From Azolla caroliniana (lineage: Eukaryota; Plantae; Polypodiophyta): a stretch of 64,000 nucleotides of DNA. The notes beneath the pieces were generated by a model. It saw only the letters and a list, made by a program, of their open reading frames with translations. It was not told the origin of the DNA and made no database searches. The stretch's first letter is position 1. The number at the start of each line of letters is the position of its first letter. The position numbers and the translations under genes were made by a program. The stretch spans positions 8,122,001 to 8,186,000 of the forward strand of contig JBHGNT010000002.1 of NCBI GenBank assembly GCA_043228905.1, written 5' to 3'. Below are positions 24,249 to 33,417 of the stretch, in pieces.

Positions 24249-26666
24249 GGATCGGTTTGGTACAATAGTGTCGGCGCAGAAGAGGGTGCGAAACAAATCT
24301 CCCTCTTTTACATGAGGACACAAGCCAGCCAGGCGAAGGCCACAAATCGGGAAACCAGCGATCAAGGTTGCGGAGAGAGACCGGCAGGTTACAAACACCA
24401 CTGCCCGAAACTCCGGACATTGGAGAATCAAGTGCAGGCAACACTTGATCGATCGAAGTCTAGATGCTTCTCACCAAACGTGCTTGGGGAGCGGTACCCC
24501 GAACGAGCGTCCGCAAATCATTACGAGACGGAAACACCACGTCTTATCCGGAGACTCAAGCAGCCGGCAACGAGCGCCGACGTGAGACCTGGAGTGAAGG
24601 GAGATGGAGGCGGGTACGCGAAAAGGAGAGCGACGACGAGTTCGGGAGAAGTACAGGGGGGTGAAGAGGAGAACGAAGACCAGTCCTACGGAGATCTTCA
24701 CACCGATCCGGCTATCGGCCCGAGTGCTGGCGTGAGTCCTATAGGAGAGGTCGGTGGCAACAGGAGGACGGGACCCGGCAATCCAGAGAATGACGAATGG
24801 ACTCGGACGAGAACCGGGCGGAGCGAACTCCCGGATAACCATTCCGGGAGGGAGGAAGAGAGCAGGCCTACAAGAGGCAGAGAACACGGTATGTCGGTAC
24901 CACGGGAGAGGGTGTGGAGCGAGCCACCCTCTCGGCTTGCGAAAGAAGGAAGACTCGGGATAAGGGTCAAGGATAAGATAATCCCACGGAGGATCCTTCA
25001 CACCGGTTCCAGACACTCCGGCGGTCGGCCCGAGAGCCGGCGTGAGACCTAGAGGGAAGAACGGTGGCAGCGGCAAGTCGGGCAAACCGAGGTCCCACGA
25101 AGATCCTCACACCGATCCGGTTGTCGGCCCGAATGTCGGCGTGAGTCCTATAGGAGAGATCGGTGGCGGAAGGTGAACGTGTTCAGACGACGAAAAGCGG
25201 AGAAGGAAGGTAGCAGGCCGGCGAAGCGGCTACGAACTGAATCAGACCGACCGGCAAGGTCACGGGCATAAGGAAGTCCGGTCCTACGGGATCCCCACAC
25301 CGAACCAGAGACTCCAGCAGTTCGGCCAACGTGGCAACATGAGACCGAGAGAGAAGGTTGGTGGCAGCGGGAAACGGGACCCGGCAACACGAAGGCGGGA
25401 CCCGGCTATGCGGAAGACACGAGGAGAGTCATGAAGGACTCCGGCAAAAGACACCTGAATTTCGACAAGTAGAGAAATGGAGTCCGGTCCTATGGGACGC
25501 TCACACCGATCCGGAGACTCCGGCGGCCGGCTAACGAGAGTCGGCGTGAGACCTAGGGAGAAGGACGGTGGCGGCAGGAAACGGGACCCGCGACACGAGA
25601 TAGCGGATCGGGATTCAGTAAGACGGGGGCGGACGAAGTGTCGGTAGGGGCAAACACGGGGAGGTGTGTCGGGTCGGAAAGGCACACCTAGGATGGAACA
25701 AGAGTCTCGCAAGTGGCCATCGCGGGCCAGATCGAAGCATGAATACGGGACAGTGTTCTCCACGGGCGGTGCCGAACAAAGGAAGCAGAAGACGGCACAA
25801 GGGAGGTGTCGGGAATGAAGTGACGAGTGCATAGTGGACTGCACAGGGTCGGAGTCAAGGAATGACAAGGGAGTTCGGAGGAGGATACTCCACACTCGCT
25901 TCGTAGATCTCAACAGCTCAGTAAGAGTAGCGAAGACTGACACGGCAAGCCCGGGATGACAAGCTGGTGGGGGCGAGGGGACGACGGCAAGCGGAAGACT
26001 CAGGACCTGTTGCAGCAGCGCAAGACGGAAAGGGCCAAGCAGGCTGCTACGGGGTGTTCCTCGGATGCGGAGGACACCGGTATGCGGATGAGCGGCGATG
26101 CACGATCTTGCCGGGAAAGGGGCCGACAAGGCGTGCAAAGAACCAGAGTGCGGCACAAGCAGCGCCAAACAACGGAGGTGTCGGAGCAGAAAGGCGAGCG
26201 CGAAGAATGGGTTGCACAGTTCGGAGGTCGCGCGTAGAAGACCGGAGAAGGATCCTCCAACCAATTCCGAAGACCTTGGCGGTCCGAGCCGACATGGCGA
26301 CGTAAGACCAAGGAGAAGGAAGGTGGCGACAAAGGCAGCGCAAAACAACATGGGACGGCAATCAGGACAACATGACTAGTCAATGGAGGCCAAGCGGGCC
26401 ACTACAGGCGTTCCTCAAGCGGAGGACATCGGGCATACGACGGAGAGCAGAGTGTGCATACGGCCGAACAAGGGCCAGCGGAAGTACGCGTACTACGAAG
26501 ATTGCGGCGAAGGACCCATCGACGGGTCGAACGAGCCTACGGGGAGGTAAACGCGAAGGAAGAACCGAAGCCGACGGTTCAAACCAGTAACAAGCCGCGA
26601 TGCGGATTACGAAAGGCCGGTTTCTCACTAGCCAAAATATCTCATCCTTCACCAGATTTGGCACAT

Positions 26667-27878
26667 TGCGGCGTTGTTACGCGCATGCGTGGAGAAGGGC
26701 GGGACGACGGGGGTCTTGGACTAAGGAGTAGAGGAGAAGGAATCAAACATGGAATCGAAGCTTTGCTCAAGAAGAAGAAGAATGAACAAGAGATTAGGTC
26801 GAACAAGAGGAAGATGGAGACAAGATGATCAACAAGATGTATTCAAACGAAATGAATGATTACAAAATGGTGCCCGCATAGGCCGCACCAAACGACTACT
26901 CGAAACCCTAACTGACGAAGATGAAGATAAAGATAAAGAAACCCTAACCCTAACCCTAACCCTAACGCTCGACCTATGTGGTATACCTCGCACACTCAAA
27001 AATAGGCAACCCTCACAATGGTGCCTTCCCTCTCCTTTTATAGCACGAGGGAAGACCGTTGAAAAAAGTGAGACTAAAATATCCCCTTTCATTCAAAGGG
27101 GATATTTGCCTTGATTTGGGGAGGGTGGGATTGATGGCCCATTAACTCCCACCTCCACACAAACAACTAGGTACCTATGTACCGCATAGTACCTCTCTCT
27201 CTCTCGCGCGTGGATGTGCGCACAAGACCACATCACCTTTATGCCTTAGGGGTACTATGGGCATTTCTAGCACCATACACTTTACCCTTTATTACTATTA
27301 CAAATACATTATGTACGTGTGCAACGTTGCACATCGCTCTTTGGCTCTCGTTGCTCGGGTTTCCGCTTGTGGACGAAAATCTTCATGACATCCGCCCCCA
27401 CCTAACCGCACATCCACCGGTATGTGCCAAAACATAGCGGAGAGAACACAAGATTTTTGGCCACGACGACCGACCGAGTCCTTAGCGTCCTCGTGGGCCC
27501 GCCCGGTTTTGTCTTCCACTTCGAGCAAGACCACCCCGTCCACACGAACCATCGCCGCCTTCCGGTCCACCATCCTCGCCGAACCGTCGGTGCCATCCGA
27601 TCCGCCACAGTCGACGATGTTCGCTAAGTCGTTGCCTCCACCCGATCCGCCACGTCCACCGTGGGTCCTTGAACCACCGACTACATCCGACCTGCCGTAT
27701 CCGATGCCCGTGCTTTCCTCCCCGTTTGGTCCTCCCGAACGTCGTTGCTGACCCGGTTGCTCTTCCTTTGTCCGCCTCGTATATCCTCTGGATGCGCTCC
27801 CGGTCGCATGCCGGATTCTGCCCTTTGCGTGCCGACTCTCTCCGCTCCGCGCTTGCCTTCCGTAGGCTTTCCCCGTAT
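26667..27878 (-). mobile_element. Element G: 3' LTR (26667-27390) plus 3' internal fragment of another F-family copy, truncated
   Basis: LTR homologous to the F LTRs; 27391-27878 aligns with 17808-18321 and then stops abruptly. Confidence 0.88.
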
Positions 27879-28921
27879 CGTAGAAGTTGTTGTTGCACTC
27901 GTGCGAATCTATCCTTCCCTTCAGTCAAAGCCCTTCGATATCTCGAGAGGTGCTTTCCGGTCTTCCTCCTTTCGCAAGTTGTACCATCCATAGATTGATT
28001 TCATGTTCTATCACCCGTAACTCTTGCGTTGCGTCTTGTATGTGTCGCTCTACACTGAGTCGGTCTGCCATTGGGCTCTCTTGTAGTGGGGGTGCGTTGA
28101 GAGGTGCTTTCGTTCCTGGGCTCAATGGGAGGTTCATGTTTGGTAGCACCACTGGAGTTAGCCACCCTCTGTGGTACCAAGTCGGTTTAGGTGGGATGGC
28201 ATCGTGGGTTTGGTTGGTTTGTGTGGACTCCTCCTAGTGTGCAGGTCAGGTTTTGAACATCTCTATCCATGAGGATCCGGTCATGTTTTCTGGTCAAGCT
28301 TTTATAGGTTCGTCGAAGGATGAATATTCATCGAAGGTTGACTCTTCGTCTATGGATGAATCTTCGTCGAAGATTGAATCTTCGAGGTGGTTTGAATCTC
28401 CGTCGAAGGTTGTTCTTTCGACGAATGTTACCCGTTCCTTTGGGTGAACACCTTCGATAGACCTGCGGCTATCGGTATCCAAGGGCGTGGTACGTGAAGG
28501 CTCGTAACAGAGGCGTCGTGAGGGAGGAAATTATCAGAGATAAAACACTAGCGAGATCTTGATAGGCGTGGGTGGCACTGAAATCATAAGTATGAGCCAA
28601 AGCACAGACACATGGAGCAAAATGGACACAAATCAGATATATTACTGCAACACCAAAAGGATTACAGAACACGGCCTACGGCCGATGACCTTACAGGATT
28701 ATCTAGTTACGATCGACTAAGCTAGTGCTTCCGCCTATATTTTCTCCCTACGCTCTAAGGTACTGGACCTCGTTTAAATAACGTTTCCCCTAATACACAG
28801 CCGAGCCGTCGGTGGCCCGTGATACTCGGACTCGGCGCTCGCTGGCGTTCTTTCCTACTCGGTTACACTACCGCCGTTTGCTAATTTCCTAATTTTACAT
28901 TTCTGTCCTCTGGACAACACC

Positions 28922-28966
28922 TGGCATGCCCGTGGGACAGGACCTTGTCCGTCGGACCCACGACTT
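28922..28966 (-). other. tRNA 3'-end-like structure at the position normally occupied by the PPT
   Basis: Sense strand aagtcgtgggtccga-cggacaaggtcct-gtcccacgggcatgcca, then gg and the TG of the 3' LTR; compare the tRNA piece at 33377-33417. Confidence 0.7.
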
Positions 28967-29029
28967 ACAAAATACTAACAATATTACAAAAATTGCCTTC
29001 TAGGCGTGATCCTCATTTCATTCCTCTTT

Positions 29030-32000
29030 AAAGATGTCGAGGATGTTTTCGGGGTCCGGGGTGGTGGTAGGGTGGTCTGGTTGGACTGTCGATGCGGGGG
29101 GTTGAGTTTGGTCCCGGGGTGTCATATCCTCTCGGGCGTCCGCCTCAGGTGCGGCCGATTCTTCTGGTGGGGGTGTGGGTTCGAGGGCGATGACCTCTAC
29201 TTCGATTGGATCTGGTACCGTGTGGGCGTCCTCGAGAGGTCTGTTGGCCGGGGCAAGTTCCTCCTGTGCCGTGTCCGTGATCCCCTCGCTAGAAGGTTCT
29301 TCCTTCTACTCTATGGCCGTTGGAGGGCTGGTTGGGATGGTTGCGAGTCGTTCTCGTTCGAAGGCTTCTACTTCCAGGCGAAACAGCATTTGACCGTCAT
29401 TGAAGTCCTCCAGTATTTGCTCGATTGCCGCAGTGTGAGATTTTGCCCAGGATTGGTAATCCTCGGTTAAATCTGCACGCAGGTTTTGTATGCTGGCTTC
29501 GTCCATTTTGTAAAAGCCGCGGCCCTCCTTCCGTCGGTTCTCGGCGTCGGCGCGTAAAATATGCAATTCGGCAGCTTGGGCTGCCCATTCGTCTCCTGCA
29601 TGACTTAATGTTTCCTCGACCTTTTTGGTGAGGTGTTGGCGCTGTTTCTCGATCAGTATTCTGATGCGTGTCTCATCCATGCCGGGCTGTGCTCGGACGA
29701 CTGCCAATTCCTCTTTTAAGCTGTTGACCTCGGCCTGAAGCTTCTTTGCGAGTAGTTCATAGGTGGCTTGAGTGTTCTTTGCATTGCGGTTACGAGCTGG
29801 ATAGACTGCTCGTAATGCTTGGTGAGTTCTTCGGTAGCTTTCTCCCATTCTTTTTGACACGCGTCCCAGACTTGTTCCCGTTCGACGATTCTCTCCTCTT
29901 GTAGGGCGAAGTAGGAATCAAATAATTCGTGTTTTTGCTCCAAAAGTAGCTTGCATTTGATGAAAAACTCGTCAGCCATTTCTTTAAGGGTCGTACGCTG
30001 ACTCTGCAGCTCGGCATTCTCCGCGATCATTATCTCCTCCCGTTGGCGATTTCTTTCCTCCTGCCAGTGGTTCCAGTCTTTCGCATTGTCGAGCGCGGCC
30101 TGTAGGTCTAGGACCTCCTTCTCTTTCTCTGCCACTGTGGCCGCATATTCCTACAGCTTGCTTTTGAGTTCTGCTTCTTTGCCCGCGGCTTGCGCTTGTA
30201 CCCGGCCCAGTGCTTTGTTCTGCTCGTGTATCCTTTGGTCGGCCTGGGCTCTAATCTCGGCCATCTACTTGGAAGCTTCTTCTTTTAAGCGAGCCATGGC
30301 CTCCTGATGTCGTTGTTCTTCTTTAACCTCCGCTCGGTAATTCCGGAGCGGGGGTTCTGTCTGGGTTGCCACCTCCTTGGGTGGATGAGGGGGTGGTAAC
30401 TCGGTATTCTCCATGGGCGTGGCCGCCTCGGTTGTTGTGCAAGCATCGACCATTTGTAACAAGTCCATTAGTGTGCTAGCCTGGATCGTCAAGATTGAAT
30501 CCGTGACGGTGCTTTCATCTATCATTGTTATGCGTGGAGGGGCTGGGAGGGCCACGGTGGTCGTGGCCAGAAGGCTCAAGAGTTGTTGTTCCAGCCGGTT
30601 TTGCTCCCAGGCTGCCAGTTTCTGTTTCGCAGCATGCCATAATTCCGTAGCCACCTTAGCCTGTTTTTGGGCTGTTTTTATCTTTTGGGCCATGTCTTTG
30701 GCGGCCCGCGTAGTGCGATCCAGGTCCCTATATGCCTCGATAAGGGCCATGTTCAACTCGGGGACCTCCATGAGGAGAGCGGCTTGTTTTGCCTGCTTCT
30801 TTCTCCCTATTTTTTGTAAAGCCCTGTTGTCTTGGAGCTCAATTTCACCTAATAGCGCGCGTTGAATCATTTTTGCTTCGGCGTGCTCTTCCGCCATTCG
30901 AGCGGTTGCCGTGACTTGGGCTCTGGCGAGGAAGTCGACCAACTCGAATGTCGTACCGAGGCGTAGGAGCGCACTAAATTCGTAAGCCTCCGCGGGGAGG
31001 TCTTTATACCCGAGGACTTCATCCTCCGAGATCTGCGTTGTCTGTCCATGCTCGATCTTTCCCTGGTTCAACGATGCCTCCTCAGGGATGATGGCCAGGT
31101 TGCTCTGGCTGACAACTAAGGCTTGCTCCTGTTGTGGCTCTTTCTCTTCTGTCGAGGACTCGCGGTTGAGTCGTCTTCTCTTGCTCGGCTGGGTTTGGGG
31201 TTCCGGGGCCGGTAGTGTCATTTCCTCCGTCTGCTTCCTTTTCTGGGGTCATGGTGGTGCTGCCTACTATGTGTTGGGGCGTGGGCTAGGCCCTGGGGAA
31301 GTTACTGAGGGGCGTGGCATTGGCTATCGAATGGTGACATCGTCTACCGTGTTGTCCTCCGTGGCTATCTCCTCCTCCCATTCTTGGCAGGTCTCGGAAA
31401 CTGCCCTTTTTTGTTGGGGTTGGGTGGGTGGTGGTGCCGATGCGGGGTTTTGGTCGGCGGCAGGAGGTCTTGGCGATGTGGGCTCCTCCCATGCTTCGTG
31501 GCTGATGGCAACCAATTTCTCTCTCTGCCTTCGTGGTGGTGGTGGGGACGTGAGTGTGCGAGGGGAAGGAAGAGAAGAGGGTGGGTATAGAACCATCAAA
31601 AAGTGGGTAAGAACAGACAACATCATCTTACCTGACTGGAATGAGGCTAAGGCGGCGCGGAGTCCTTCGCCTGTGATGATTCCCCAATCGACTCTGTTTC
31701 CTTCATACGCGCTGATGATGATGGTTGCCTTGTTCTGCGGCATGCTCGTCGGGTTCGTATGCACGAACACATACTCCATCAATATACGAGAAATCTCCCC
31801 GAAAGCTCTGTTGGGACCGCCATACGTGCGATATGCCTTCCCTGAGGCTGAGTACTCACCGAAGTACTCTTTCAGCTTCGATGTCGAGGGTATGTCGACC
31901 TCATGGTCCCCTCCCCGTTGCAGGTCCAAAGCAGCCCGAAGCACGTTGTTGGTGATGGCTTCGGGACAAATACGTTTAGCCACTCCTTGGGCATCCAGGT

Positions 32001-32088
32001 GCGCGGGGGCATCGATGATCTTCAGGTAACCGCCCATTCCTCGTTCCTGGAGCCAGGCGCGGGTTTTTGTTGAAGCGGTAAGAGGCAT
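29030..32088 (-). pseudogene. Additional ORF downstream of pol in H (globular N-terminus, Pro-rich linker, long coiled coil), broken by stops and frameshifts
   Basis: Consecutive same-strand ORF pieces 32088-31324, 31221-30265, 30135-29716 and 29860-29306; E/K/A/Q/L-rich helical composition; 3' end approximate. Confidence 0.7.
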
Positions 32089-32604
32089 GGTGGAGATGGA
32101 GACGGGGTTTGACTGTGTGGAAGAGTGAAGAAGAGCGATGAGGCGAGGGCGAGACAGAGGAGGAACAGCAAGAAGGGGAAGTTCGGCAGAGGGGCTATGA
32201 GAGCGAAAGAGGGCTTGAGAGCAAGAACGTTTAGAGTGATGAGAGCGAGAAGGGGCTTCTGAGCTTGAGAGCGATGGAGATTGGGACCGATAATGAACTT
32301 CTGTGTCAGTGTTGCGTTTTGGAAACAGTTTTAGTAACTTACTCCTAGGGTTTTGTGCCCGAAGCGAATCCTGAAGATTCTGAGTCGTGGGTGCCATAAT
32401 AAGTGACTAGCGCCACGTGTCCTGAAGGTGAGTGGAGTGCTTCTAGTGCTTTGCATGTGCTTAAATAGGTACTAAATGAGAGGTGGCGAGGGGTGCTCCT
32501 AAATTGTGGGTGCCTAGGTGGGTGGTGTAGGTGTAGCTAATCGGCGGCTAACTATGGTTAATCCTACCTACTTTATTAATTTCAAGAAGGTGGGTGAGTC
32601 CTTA

Positions 32605-33376
32605 TTAAGGGGGACACATGGCCTCCTCCCTAGTGGTCTCCCGAAACTCGTTTGTGTTGTTTGGCTCAGTAAACGGGTTGGGTGGTGTAGTGCCTTGATA
32701 TGGTCGAAGTCGGAAACCATTGGCCCAGCTTTTGACAGTGTCGCCGGCGAGTGTGCCGAGCTGGAACGTCCCGTTGAACTCGTCGATAATCCAGAATGGA
32801 CCGGTCCACCGAAATCTTAATTTTCCCGGCATAGACCCGAGTCGTGTTTGAAAAAGAAGAACCGGTTTGCCGATGGTGAGCTCCTTCTCCAGCTTGTTTC
32901 GATGTCAATCCACGAAAGCCTTGCGTTGTCGTTGGCGTTGTTTGAGCTGGGCCATACTCTCTATCCTGTCTTCGCCGAGTTCGAGGAGTTGTTCCAGCCG
33001 GTATTGCTCGGTTTGGGCCTCGGGGAGCCGGGCTTTGATTTGAACTCGGAGGCTCGGGACTTGGAACTCGACGGGCAATACGGCTTCTAACCCGAACGCC
33101 ATTTGAAAGGGGGTTGATTGGATGCTTGTTTTGAAAGTCATACGATATGCCCACAGCGCGCTCTGGATTTTGTCATCCCAATCGGTCCTGTTTTCATTGA
33201 CGATCTTCTTCAATATGGTTTGGAGGATTTTATTGGTCGATTCCGCCAAGCCGTTCGCTTGCGGGTAGTATGGTGTGCTTTTCTTGTACACCACCGCGTA
33301 GTGGTGTGTAAGCTCACGTATTATATTATTGATGAAGTGCCCACCTTGGTCACTAACGAGCTCGATTGGGCATCCG
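32605..33376 (-). pseudogene. Integrase core/C-terminal fragment of H
   Basis: YGCPIELVSDQGGHF, STPYYPQANGLAESTN, ALWAYR, KLRFRWTGPF. Confidence 0.9.
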
Positions 33377-33417
33377 TAATCAAGGGATTGTGGGTTCGAG
33401 TTCCACCGGGCGTGCCA
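33377..33417 (+). other. 41-nt 3' half of a tRNA-Arg including CCA (extended PBS of H; not a tRNA gene)
   Basis: taatcaagggattgtgggttcgagttccaccgggcgtgcca: anticodon 3' strand, variable loop, T-arm with GTTCGA, acceptor strand, encoded CCA. Confidence 0.88.

Larger units (their letters stand above)
16382..26666 (+). mobile_element. Element E: non-autonomous gag-only LTR element; 5' LTR split by F (16382-17124 + 22993-23032); internal region cut by G
   Basis: LTR ends are homologous to the reverse complement of the F LTRs. PBS tggtgaacccgacgtgaa at 23037-23054. Gag-like ORF from 23070; no pol motifs seen. Confidence 0.82.

Noticed and set aside
33377-33417. tRNA gene
   Set aside because: Only the 3' half, with encoded CCA, at the PBS position; no D-arm or A box
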